IMG/VR virus record: IMGVR_UViG_3300021420_000017
Span: 82,651-146,650 of that record
Reading direction: 5' to 3' (one strand)
DNA length: 64,000 nucleotides
Origin: a virus
A program made the translations under genes and the position numbers. The notes under the pieces were generated by a model, which made no database searches, was not told the origin of the DNA, and was given only the letters and a program-made list of their open reading frames with translations. This document shows positions 32,559 through 41,359 of the stretch, one piece after another (the stretch's first letter is position 1; each line of letters starts with the position of its first letter).

Positions 32559-33092
32559 GTGAAGGAGCACGAGAACATGGTTGACGAAACGGCGCCCGAG
32601 ATCGCGCACAAGCCCTACTCCGAGCGCGACGACTGGATCCCGGATTCGCTGCATGTGACCGGCCATGTGGACACCACAGGGACTGGCGGAGACCTGGCCG
32701 GACGGATCGAGGAGATCTCCCCGGTCTTCGCTCAGGCACGCGCCTCCGCATTCGCCTCAGCAGTGGCCTCGATCGACCACCAGGGTCCGGGTGCTCCCGA
32801 AGGGGTTGTGCTCCCGACAGAGGGCCGCGAGGTTGAGGATGCGGTGGACGAGCTGCGCATGGCGGCCGAGCAGGCCACCAGCAACCCCCAGTTGAGCACC
32901 GGACTGAGTCCGGCTCAGCAGGAGGCGGCTCAGTCCACTTCTCCGGTGGTCGAGCCCGAGTCTGAGCCCGAGTCGGTAGTCGAGGAAATCCAGCCGTCGG
33001 TTGAGCCCGTGATCCCGGTCGAAGAGCCCCAGCCTCAGGCTGAGCCGGTCAATCCTGAGCCCGACCACGCTGACCCGCTCGATAAGGTCTAG
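32559..33092 (+). CDS. Acidic Glu/Pro-rich protein (171-177 aa; ATG 32577 is an alternative start)
   Basis: GAAGGAG upstream of ATG 32577; followed by a terminator. Confidence 0.7.
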   Translation: MKEHENMVDETAPEIAHKPYSERDDWIPDSLHVTGHVDTTGTGGDLAGRIEEISPVFAQARASAFASAVASIDHQGPGAPEGVVLPTEGREVEDAVDELRMAAEQATSNPQLSTGLSPAQQEAAQSTSPVVEPESEPESVVEEIQPSVEPVIPVEEPQPQAEPVNPEPDHADPLDKV

Positions 33093-33108
33093 CTCGCTCA
33101 GTCCGTCT

Positions 33109-33145
33109 CACAGGACCCCGGTCATTCATTGATCGGGGTCCTGTG
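33109..33145 (+). terminator. Intrinsic terminator-like hairpin
   Basis: CACAGGACCCCGGTCA / TGATCGGGGTCCTGTG. Confidence 0.65.
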
Positions 33146-33175
33146 CTGTGTGTTGTGGATCATCTGAAGGAGTGA
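33141..33175 (+). promoter_or_regulatory. Putative late promoter (variant)
   Basis: CTGTG-N19-TGAAGGAGTGA before 33188. Confidence 0.4.
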
Positions 33176-33187
33176 GGAGGTTCTGCT

Positions 33188-33376
33188 ATGAGCCGTCCAC
33201 TGATCGATCGCACCGCGAGGGCAATGTACCGGGATGATCCTGGCGCCAAGAACAAGGCGGACTTTGAATCCCTGCCGCTCGGTGAGCAGATGCGCTACCA
33301 GAGACTGGCAGCCTCTGCGGTCTCGGTAGTGCTGCGCGAGCCGGTCACGGAGAAGGAGCTGGCCAGTCCGGGCTGA
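33188..33376 (+). CDS. Small hypothetical protein (62 aa)
   Basis: GAGGAGG RBS; IDRTARAMY..FESL..MRYQRLA helical motif. Confidence 0.7.
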   Translation: MSRPLIDRTARAMYRDDPGAKNKADFESLPLGEQMRYQRLAASAVSVVLREPVTEKELASPG

Positions 33377-33380
33377 GGGC

Positions 33381-33416
33381 ATGCCTGCCGGGACCCGAGA
33401 GCACTTGAAGTAGTGA
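33381..33416 (+). promoter_or_regulatory. Putative phage late promoter
   Basis: ATGCC-N20-TGAAGTAGTGA. Confidence 0.6.
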
Positions 33417-33456
33417 GGCGATCTTCTTCGTCTTGCTCTGAGGAGGGCCACCGTCT

Positions 33457-34116
33457 GTGACTGCGAATAACTCGCCGCGCCTGGGGCTGATGCTGCCCAA
33501 CAACGCTGACCCCTTCGATCCAGACGACTTCGTGGAGACCTTCACGGTCCTTGATGGGGCTCCGGGGGTGACTCCGATCGCCAACCTGGCCGCGCTGCCG
33601 ACCGGCCTCACGACAGCCCAGCACATGTCGCAATACATCCAGGCCGACAACGGCGCGATCTGGTATTGGTACAAACCCTCCTCGGGCACCCCGGGTGCGT
33701 GGATGCGATCCAATTCGGTCGGGATGCTGAGCCAGCGTTCCAACGGCGGCCTCGTTCAGTCAACCTCAACAGCAGCCCCTGGCGCAGTCGTTCTCGGGAC
33801 CTCTGTTCCCTTGACCGCTCCCGGCGTGCGGGCGTTGCGGGTCGATATCGATATTGATCAGATCAACAGCAGCGGTTCGAGCGGGCTCTATGCAGTTCTG
33901 CTTTATCAGGGCAGCACATTGGTAAAGACCTTCGATCGAGGCGGTCTTCCGGTGAGTATCCCGGGCGACTTCAACGCCAGCTATATCTACCCAGCTCCTG
34001 CGGCTGGGGCCTCGCTGTCTTTCGGAGTCTCAATCTGCACCGGCGGCCTTCTCGCACAAAACCCGACTGGAACAGTCTCTGCCTCCGGAACCACTCTGAC
34101 AGTCTCTGAGATTTAA
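33457..34116 (+). CDS. Virion protein (219 aa)
   Basis: GAGGAGG RBS; SPRLGLMLP..D N-terminal pattern common in phage tail proteins. Confidence 0.7.
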   Translation: MTANNSPRLGLMLPNNADPFDPDDFVETFTVLDGAPGVTPIANLAALPTGLTTAQHMSQYIQADNGAIWYWYKPSSGTPGAWMRSNSVGMLSQRSNGGLVQSTSTAAPGAVVLGTSVPLTAPGVRALRVDIDIDQINSSGSSGLYAVLLYQGSTLVKTFDRGGLPVSIPGDFNASYIYPAPAAGASLSFGVSICTGGLLAQNPTGTVSASGTTLTVSEI

Positions 34117-34118
34117 TA

Positions 34119-34982
34119 ATGCCAGAAGCTGATCGGCAGCAGATTCCGCAGTATCAGTCTGCTCCTCAGTATATTGGCTTGGCTGTTGCTGTCACGGGTG
34201 TGCCCACCGATGTTGATAGCAATATCGTCACTGTCACAGTGGTCAATGAAGACTCTCAATCGACCTTGTTTACTCGCACTGCAGCTCATGTTGGTCTAGG
34301 CCGCTACCAGATTCTCCTCAGCCAGACCGATACTGACGTGCTGGGTAACTATGCTGCGAGTTGGATCTATGCTATCGCAGGGCAATCTCTCCTCTATACC
34401 AGCTACTACGCTGTCGGTGGCGCCGAGCCAGCTTACGATAACTTGACCGATGACTTGAAGGCTATCGCCGACTCGGTCTATGCCAAGCTCGCTGACATGT
34501 TCGATTCACCCTCTGGTGGCCCCAACCTCTACACCTACTTCCAGTCGAACTGGAGCCGAGGCCGTATCGCTCAGTGTATCGACTGGGCACTCGACCGGAT
34601 CAATACCGCTGCTCAGCCCTACAGCAACTACAGCACGGTAGCGGGCGGGGCGGCCTTCCCCACGGCTCAGTGGGGAGCCCTGCTTCGGCAGGCCTGCTTC
34701 GTAGAGGCGCTCAAGCACTTGCGGCGCAGCTACGTCGAACAACCAGACTTTCAGGGATCGACAATCTCACGCTTGGATCGACGCGACTACTTCGATCGAT
34801 GGGGTGTCGTGCTCGCTGACGAGGAGGCACTCTTGCGCCCCCAGCTAGACCACTTCAAGATCAAGCAGATGGGTCTGGGTCGACCCGCAATCCTGGTCTC
34901 AGGCGGCGTCTATGGCCGTTACAGCCCCGTGGCGATGCCGGGCATGGCCGGGCGCCCTCACCTGAGTTTCGTGAACTACTGA
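34119..34982 (+). CDS. Head-to-tail adaptor/neck protein (287 aa)
   Basis: Ig-like N-half plus helical C-half (IAQCIDWALDRIN..LLRQACFVEAL..LDRRDY), adaptor-like; inferred from pattern and position. Confidence 0.55.
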   Translation: MPEADRQQIPQYQSAPQYIGLAVAVTGVPTDVDSNIVTVTVVNEDSQSTLFTRTAAHVGLGRYQILLSQTDTDVLGNYAASWIYAIAGQSLLYTSYYAVGGAEPAYDNLTDDLKAIADSVYAKLADMFDSPSGGPNLYTYFQSNWSRGRIAQCIDWALDRINTAAQPYSNYSTVAGGAAFPTAQWGALLRQACFVEALKHLRRSYVEQPDFQGSTISRLDRRDYFDRWGVVLADEEALLRPQLDHFKIKQMGLGRPAILVSGGVYGRYSPVAMPGMAGRPHLSFVNY

Positions 34983-36076
34983 TGGCCACGTTGGATGCCG
35001 CGACTCTTCCGGCTCGCTGGTCAGACACCTCGGAGTTCCAGGGCTCGGTGTATACCGATGCCTATGGTCACCGATGGGCATCCTTCCGCTGCATGGACGG
35101 ATCCAGCTACGTCGATCAAAAGTTCGCGGCTAACCTCGCCTGGTGCCTCGCTGCCTACAAGGCCGGTCGTATCGAGGGCTACTACGTCTACTTCGTCTAC
35201 CGTCCGGTCGGCGCGCAGACGCTGTTCAACGCCTGGACGGCCCAGCTCGGAGCGACGATCCCGCCCGGAGCTGTCCTGATGAAAGACGTCGAGTCCTGGG
35301 GCGGAGCGATCAGCGGAGACTGCTCGGCCGATTTGAACACCCTGTACGGGATGCTCGCGGGGTACGCAAGAAACTTCGCCCGTGTGGTCGGCTATGGCAA
35401 TCAAAATGATCTGACCAACCTCTGGCGCACCCGCGATTCACGGTGCAGGGTCCTGGTGGCCTCTTACGGAGACACCTGGGTCTATCAGAATGTGCCGGGC
35501 GCATTCGGGCAGCAATACGCCGACGGAGAAGCCAGATATGGCTACCCGACAGGCTGGCCGATCGCCTCCGATCCGTTTGGAAACTGCGATCACAACGGAA
35601 CGCCCAACTACACAGCAGTTCAGTTGGCAGCCCTGCATGGTGTCCAGCGAGGCTCGACCACGAGTGAGGATGACGATATGAGTTTTCGGCTTATGAAGGA
35701 CGCGCCTGACCAAACAGGTGCGGTCTATGCCTACAACAATGCTGGCATGCTCTGGCACGTGCCTGGCCCAGACTGGCTGGCCGTCGTGTGGTCTCTGCCG
35801 GGTTGCGAAAACCCCGGGGCGGTGGACGTCTTCAGCCAGGCCCAGTTCGATGCGACCAAGGGGATGCTGGACACCATCAATGGTGGCATCTCCGGAGACA
35901 TCCCGAACATCCTGAGCTTGGCCACCGGGATTCAGCAAAAGGTGAGTGGGCTCGGTGCGGCCACCATCGATCCGATTCAGTTGAACAAGGCCGTGCTCGA
36001 CGCGGTCAACGCCTCCCTGTCCGGATTCGGGATGAGCGGCACCGTCACTCTTCAGAAGGCAGGAACTCCGGCATGA
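34982..36076 (+). CDS. Endolysin, GH25-like muramidase (364 aa)
   Basis: DTSEFQG near the N-terminus, GYYVYF, MKDVESWGG (DxE), QQYAD..CDHN; followed by a holin-like gene. Confidence 0.78.
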   Translation: MATLDAATLPARWSDTSEFQGSVYTDAYGHRWASFRCMDGSSYVDQKFAANLAWCLAAYKAGRIEGYYVYFVYRPVGAQTLFNAWTAQLGATIPPGAVLMKDVESWGGAISGDCSADLNTLYGMLAGYARNFARVVGYGNQNDLTNLWRTRDSRCRVLVASYGDTWVYQNVPGAFGQQYADGEARYGYPTGWPIASDPFGNCDHNGTPNYTAVQLAALHGVQRGSTTSEDDDMSFRLMKDAPDQTGAVYAYNNAGMLWHVPGPDWLAVVWSLPGCENPGAVDVFSQAQFDATKGMLDTINGGISGDIPNILSLATGIQQKVSGLGAATIDPIQLNKAVLDAVNASLSGFGMSGTVTLQKAGTPA

Positions 36077-36669
36077 CACACGCTGTTTCCGCGCACGCGG
36101 ACCAGACCCCCTCGACCTCGGTCAAGACAAACTGGTTCACTCGGATCACCGGTTGGGTCCTGAAGAAGGAACCCGTCGCGGTGGCATGGTCGGTGAGCAT
36201 GGTGGGCGAGATCCTGGTCGGGCACCACATCGTCGGCGCAGCGAGCTGGACGAGCCTCACCAACGTGATCCTGCCGGTGGCCACCACCGCAGGGGCCGCA
36301 CTGCTGCGTGACACAGTGTTCAGCCCCAAGTCGGCAGCCGCGCTCCAGGCCACCGCCGACAGTTGGCAGGCCAAGGCTGAAGCAGTCGGTATCTTGAGCG
36401 AGGCCGATTTCGGGCGCCTGACACAGTGGATGAACCAGCACCTGCCAGCCCTCCTGCAGGCTCACGCCACCGCAGCGAGTACGAGCACGCCGATTGCGAC
36501 GGTCGTCACCCCGGTCCCGGCTGCGAGCTTGCTGGAGGCCGCTCACGCCGTCTTCGGGACTACTCCTTCGGGATCGCTGGATCTGACCCCGCTTCCTCCT
36601 CTGCCGTCTCCGGCGGTAACGACACTGGCTACTCCTGCGACTGCGACCATCACGCCGCCCCTGTCCTAA
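36073..36669 (+). CDS. Holin-like membrane protein (198 aa)
   Basis: ATGA overlap with endolysin; KKEPVAV followed by two hydrophobic segments. Confidence 0.6.
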   Translation: MTHAVSAHADQTPSTSVKTNWFTRITGWVLKKEPVAVAWSVSMVGEILVGHHIVGAASWTSLTNVILPVATTAGAALLRDTVFSPKSAAALQATADSWQAKAEAVGILSEADFGRLTQWMNQHLPALLQAHATAASTSTPIATVVTPVPAASLLEAAHAVFGTTPSGSLDLTPLPPLPSPAVTTLATPATATITPPLS

Positions 36670-36695
36670 CCTCGGGCGCGGCTCTGAAGTAGTGA
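36661..36695 (+). promoter_or_regulatory. Putative phage late promoter
   Basis: CTGTC-N19-TGAAGTAGTGA. Confidence 0.62.
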
Positions 36696-36718
36696 CAGCC
36701 CTGCCGGGCTGAGAGAGA

Positions 36719-37276
36719 TTGAGGCCGTCGATGGCGATCAACACCGTGACCCAGCGCAACACCTTGGCCACGGCCTACGGGACGGCTGGGGCCTACATCG
36801 GGCTCCTCTCGGCTCTGACTCTGCAGGGCGCCATCTCCATCGGGGCGGTCAGCTTCTCCTCCGACCTGTCGGTCGCGGTTGGGGATACCGTGGTGTTCGA
36901 TCAGGGCCTGTCCACCCAGGAGGCGCGGGTCGTCTCGGCAGTCACGGGAACGGGCCCCTATGCCGTCACCGTCCCGGCCACCACCTTCGCTCACTCCGCC
37001 GGAGCGTTGATCTCGCACCTGCCTGCCGCCGCTACCGGTCATGAGCTGGTCGGGGGTGCCTACGCGCGGGTTGCCTCGGGGTGGGGGTCCGTCGACAACT
37101 CGGCGATCGTCTCGACCCCGACCCCCATCAACGTCCCGATCGGGGCCAAGGTGGGCTCCGTGGCCATCTTCTCGGCCATCTCGGCAGGTGCCTATCTGGA
37201 TGCCTCTGCGGTAGCGGGCCAGTTCTTCGCCACGGCCGGGACTTATACCCCGACGTATACCTATACCCAGGTCTAG
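36719..37276 (+). CDS. Virion structural protein (about 181-185 aa; ATG 36731 is an alternative start)
   Basis: ELVGGAYARV..W motif common in phage tail proteins; Ala/Thr-rich. Confidence 0.68.
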   Translation: MRPSMAINTVTQRNTLATAYGTAGAYIGLLSALTLQGAISIGAVSFSSDLSVAVGDTVVFDQGLSTQEARVVSAVTGTGPYAVTVPATTFAHSAGALISHLPAAATGHELVGGAYARVASGWGSVDNSAIVSTPTPINVPIGAKVGSVAIFSAISAGAYLDASAVAGQFFATAGTYTPTYTYTQV

Positions 37277-37298
37277 GCCATCGGGTGGGGGGTAGAGA

Positions 37299-38621
37299 AT
37301 GACCCTGCTGGGATACCACTACGAGACCGGCCCACAAAGCGCTGCGCTGACTTCGGCCAACACCGGGGCGAGCCTCAGCACCATCAATGGCAGTGCGATC
37401 TTCGATTCTGCGTCCGCACTGAGTGGCAACTTCGGAGGCAAATACTCTTGTAATGCCAATGTTGTTTGTACTCAGCGTTTCTTGCCTAACGCCAGCAGTA
37501 CATCGATGGCTTTTTCAGTCGGATTCGAGTTGCCATCAAGTCCGCTGAGCTTCGATGTGATGTTCTATACTCTTCGATACTCCTCTGGTGTCTCGCTGAG
37601 CCTATTCTGGTCTACAACCAATACCGTCTATATGACGGATGCGTCAGGTGCTAATCGCATCACGTTGATCACCGGAGCAAACCCGGGAACGAAATACCGA
37701 ATCGCCGGTTCGGTGATCGTGGCTACGTCAACCACGGGCACTTACACGATCAACACCTACGTGGGTCAGAGCACATCACCCATCAATAGCGCTCCGTTTC
37801 ACAGCACTGCGTACAATCTTGGCACCTCGGCAATTTCTGCGGTCGACGTAGGTATTGTCAGCGCGAACTCACCTTCGGGCACCGTCGTCATGATTGACGA
37901 TATCCAGTTCAATGACGGTTCGACTACTGAACCTCCCCCTTACTTTCCGCCACTCCCGCCCACGGCTGCGTTCTCTTTCAACCCGATCGGCCTGAGCGTC
38001 ACCTTCGACGGGTCTGCCTCGGCAGCGGTCTCCCCCGCGACCCTGACTGGCTACAGTTGGGATTACGGCGACACCAACACCGGCACCGGAGTTACTCCGA
38101 GTCACACCTATGTCAATGCTGGGACTTACACCGTCAGGCTGACGGTGACCGACTCCAATTCGACCATGAGTTCGATCAGTCACTCAGTAGTGGTGGCTCC
38201 CCCGCGAGGGTCGGTCACGGTCGCTTCGGTGAACACCAGCACCGGATGGTCTCCTTCCCCGGGAGCGACCTCCTTGAGCGCACTGACCGATACCGACTCG
38301 ACCACGTATCTCACCAGCTCGATCAACCCGAGCAATCAGGTATTGCTGCTGACGTCACAGTTTCTGACTCCGCCCCAGGCTGGCCAACCGCTCAATGTGG
38401 TGCTGGGCATCGATGTCCTCGCCTCGGTCTCGGGCGGTCTCGTTACGGCGTCCCTGATCGAGGGATCGACCACTCGCTCGACGCTGACCCCGAAGGCCAT
38501 CCCGATCGGTTCGGGTGGTTCGGTGCAGGGCTCCGTCGTGTGTGCCTTCCCGGCGGCCGACATCGCTGCGGTGACCTCCTGGGCGGCGTTGAAGGTTCAG
38601 CTTCTGGTATCGGCGAGCTGA
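37299..38621 (+). CDS. Virion protein with lectin-like N-terminus and PKD (Ig-like) domain (440 aa)
   Basis: VTFDGSAS..YSWDYGD..PSHTYVNAGTYTVRLTVTD PKD signature at about 37960-38190. Confidence 0.8.
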   Translation: MTLLGYHYETGPQSAALTSANTGASLSTINGSAIFDSASALSGNFGGKYSCNANVVCTQRFLPNASSTSMAFSVGFELPSSPLSFDVMFYTLRYSSGVSLSLFWSTTNTVYMTDASGANRITLITGANPGTKYRIAGSVIVATSTTGTYTINTYVGQSTSPINSAPFHSTAYNLGTSAISAVDVGIVSANSPSGTVVMIDDIQFNDGSTTEPPPYFPPLPPTAAFSFNPIGLSVTFDGSASAAVSPATLTGYSWDYGDTNTGTGVTPSHTYVNAGTYTVRLTVTDSNSTMSSISHSVVVAPPRGSVTVASVNTSTGWSPSPGATSLSALTDTDSTTYLTSSINPSNQVLLLTSQFLTPPQAGQPLNVVLGIDVLASVSGGLVTASLIEGSTTRSTLTPKAIPIGSGGSVQGSVVCAFPAADIAAVTSWAALKVQLLVSAS

Positions 38622-38624
38622 AGC

Positions 38625-39338
38625 GTGTCCGCGACAGTCCGTATTTCAGCCTTCTCGGCCTCGGTTGTCCAGAGCGCCAACACAGGCACCGGCAGCGGTG
38701 GGGCCAACACGTCGGGTCTGTCCTTGCTGGCGGCCGAGGCCAAGAACGGCATTGGCGTCTCGACGGTCGTTGCCAGCGTGAGCAGCCCTCGCTCGATTCA
38801 GGCATCGGGACTGGGTCGGTCCTCGATCATCAGCTCTCCGGCTTCTGTAGGAATGCCCTCGGACTCCGGCGTGGGCAGTTCCTCGACCCATGGCGGCCCT
38901 CACCCTCAGGCCTCTCCCCAGGCCTCCGGGGCGGGCTCCAGCAGCGCCCTGCGCTTACCCTGGGCCCCGGCGACTGGGCAAGGGCAATCTAGTGCCGTTG
39001 GCTTGTTCAAGGCTTATTCAGTTGTGCCTCAATCTGGTAGCGGAGTGGAAACTGGTACAGCTTCTCTCGCCGTCGCTAAATCGGTGTACGTGGTCGGATC
39101 GAACACGAAAATCTGCACTCGTACTTTCACCGGAGGCGCTCCGCTTTACTTCGCGTACGGTAGTGGCCTGGGTCTTAGTGTCGTTTCTGTGAGTAGAGCG
39201 ATATTGGTCGGCTCAGTCCAGGGCTCCGGCGTCGGACAGGCGACTGTTATATCAGACGCCGATTTCAATCCTCCCCCTTCGCCCGTGGGCATTACCGTCA
39301 AGATCGATGGGGAATGGCAGATCTCCTATGGCACCTAG
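38625..39338 (+). CDS. Ser/Gly/Ala-rich virion protein (237 aa)
   Basis: Low-complexity beta-repeat composition; tight packing. Confidence 0.6.
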   Translation: MSATVRISAFSASVVQSANTGTGSGGANTSGLSLLAAEAKNGIGVSTVVASVSSPRSIQASGLGRSSIISSPASVGMPSDSGVGSSSTHGGPHPQASPQASGAGSSSALRLPWAPATGQGQSSAVGLFKAYSVVPQSGSGVETGTASLAVAKSVYVVGSNTKICTRTFTGGAPLYFAYGSGLGLSVVSVSRAILVGSVQGSGVGQATVISDADFNPPPSPVGITVKIDGEWQISYGT

Positions 39339-40188
39339 TCAACTCCCCAACGCGCAGCCGTTCTACGTGCGCGGAGTGCAGAACTGGGCCATCTCCCAGG
39401 AGCGCCAGCGCCATACCCAAGCGCTCTTCCAAGTAGGCGAAATGGTCATGTTCATCCTGCTCTGGAAAACGGAGGACTTCGAGGCAGGATTGGTCGATCG
39501 GTGCATTCGTTGTTCGCCCGTGAATGACTCGCTGATTGCCCGAACCAGCGCGGTCTATGAACAGCCGATCACCTACCGCTGCCCGGTGTGCTTCGGCACG
39601 ACCTATGGCGAAGGGGTCCGAGCCAAGATCATTCGCCCTGCCATCATCACCGACTCCGATGAGGATGAGCGCAAGAGCCCACGAGGGGTTCTGCATGCCG
39701 AGAGCGTGGTGGTGGAATCCACTGAGGATTTCCGCTCTCACACTGGTGACTTCTTGCTTCGCCAGGATGGGTCCCGATGGATGCTGGGCGCGCCCGCTCG
39801 GATCATGATTCGGACCGGGATGCAACGTCCGACTCAGGCCGAGTCCTCAATCGGTTATGCCCGCATCCCCGCCTCCCGCGAGGACGAGGCCAGCGTGGCG
39901 TTCATCATCCCTCCGGGCCCGGCCGAACTGGCACAGTTGCTTGCTCAGCCGGTGGGTTGGCCAAACATGACCGACACCGACGTCCTCAATGGGCCTCTGA
40001 TTCCCTTCGAGGAGTACGTGCCTGCTGTGGTGCCCACGCCAGCGTCTGATTTCGGATTTGACCTTGGTGAGGCCGAGCCAGTCTCAGATGCGAACCGACG
40101 CGACTTCGACTTCGACCTTGGTGGAGCTATGCCCAATCCAGATGCGCATCTACGTGATTCCGACTTCGATGATATGGGTGGTGCGTGA
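39328..40188 (+). CDS. Head closure/stopper-like neck protein with Zn finger (286 aa)
   Basis: RCIRC..CPVCFGT motif then beta-rich region; start moved to ATG 39328; function inferred from position. Confidence 0.5.
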   Translation: MAPSQLPNAQPFYVRGVQNWAISQERQRHTQALFQVGEMVMFILLWKTEDFEAGLVDRCIRCSPVNDSLIARTSAVYEQPITYRCPVCFGTTYGEGVRAKIIRPAIITDSDEDERKSPRGVLHAESVVVESTEDFRSHTGDFLLRQDGSRWMLGAPARIMIRTGMQRPTQAESSIGYARIPASREDEASVAFIIPPGPAELAQLLAQPVGWPNMTDTDVLNGPLIPFEEYVPAVVPTPASDFGFDLGEAEPVSDANRRDFDFDLGGAMPNPDAHLRDSDFDDMGGA

Positions 40189-41336
40189 TGTCCGGGATTC
40201 GCTTACAGCTACGGCATGACTCCAGTGCCAACTGGGCCTCCCAGAACCCGGTGCTCAAAGTGGGGGAGGCGGGCTGGGCTACTGACACCTATGAGCTGAG
40301 AATCGGCGACGGGGTCACCTCATGGATCAACCTTGACCCGGTCGGCGAGTTGAATCTGAGTGGCGTCACCACGATTACCGGGGTTTCCACCCCGGGAGCG
40401 GTCCTTACCCGGATCGATGCCACCACTGCGGGCTGGGCCGTACTGGGAACGGCTTCGGCCCATGCCGCCACCGATTTCGATCCGGCCGGGGTCGCTTCTG
40501 CGGCTCTGGTGACGGCCAAGGCCTATACGGATACGGAAACGATCCGAGCTGAAGGAATCGAGGCCACCAAGCTCAATATTACCGATCCGTCGGTGACGAA
40601 CGCGCGGACGCCTCTCCCGCATGCCGCGACCCATGCCAGCGGAGGAACCGACCCGGTCAGTCCGGCCTCGATCGGGGCTGCAACGGCGACAGCCCTCAGC
40701 GCGGAGATCACCCGTGCGCTGGGCGCCGAGGCGACGATCTCCAACGCATTGGCGACCGCGTTGGCTGGGATGTCGCCTGCTGAGTTCCCCGCAGCTACTC
40801 AAGGCAGCGGGTTGACCCACTCCGGTGTTGGCCAGGTCGTCGGGGGCATCACGATCACCGCAGGGATGCGGGTGTTGGATACCTTGTCCGGCGCAACCGC
40901 TGGCCTGTGGGTGGCGGCGGCGGGCGCCTGGTCTCGGCCCACCGACTTCGCCACGGGCTCCAATGCTCAGGGCAAGCTGGTCAACGTTGATTCCAGCGGG
41001 GGGCTATGGCTCTGTATCTCCTCCAGTCCCGTGACGGTGGATACGACGACGCAGGTATGGAGCGAGATCGATGCCTCGGTGGTCATGGCCGGAGTGGGGC
41101 TCGCCAAGAGCGGCAACTCCTTCTCCGTGCTCTACGGAACTATTACGGGCACTGCTGCGCAGGGTAATGACTCCCGGATCACCGGGGCGGCTCAGGTCGC
41201 GAACAATCTGTCCGATCTCGCCAACGAGGCAGCCGCCCGGACCAATCTCGGACTGGGAACAGCAGCGACTCATGCCGCTACCGACTTCGATCCGCGCGGG
41301 GCAGCCGCCGCACTTGCTCTTGTCTTCGCGGTATAA
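40185..41336 (+). CDS. Fibre-like protein with Mtd-N/hyaluronidase-like N-terminal anchor (383 aa)
   Basis: IQLRHDSSANWASQNPVLKVGEAGWATDT..RIGDG; NLSDL..ARTNLGLG repeat. Confidence 0.72.
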   Translation: MMSGIRLQLRHDSSANWASQNPVLKVGEAGWATDTYELRIGDGVTSWINLDPVGELNLSGVTTITGVSTPGAVLTRIDATTAGWAVLGTASAHAATDFDPAGVASAALVTAKAYTDTETIRAEGIEATKLNITDPSVTNARTPLPHAATHASGGTDPVSPASIGAATATALSAEITRALGAEATISNALATALAGMSPAEFPAATQGSGLTHSGVGQVVGGITITAGMRVLDTLSGATAGLWVAAAGAWSRPTDFATGSNAQGKLVNVDSSGGLWLCISSSPVTVDTTTQVWSEIDASVVMAGVGLAKSGNSFSVLYGTITGTAAQGNDSRITGAAQVANNLSDLANEAAARTNLGLGTAATHAATDFDPRGAAAALALVFAV

Positions 41337-41359
41337 ATAATACCTAAAGGAGAACTCTG

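Noticed and set aside
32539-32570. CTGCC-N16-TGAAGGAGCAC as another late promoter
   Set aside because: Spacer too short, and the match is explained by the RBS of the 32577 start.
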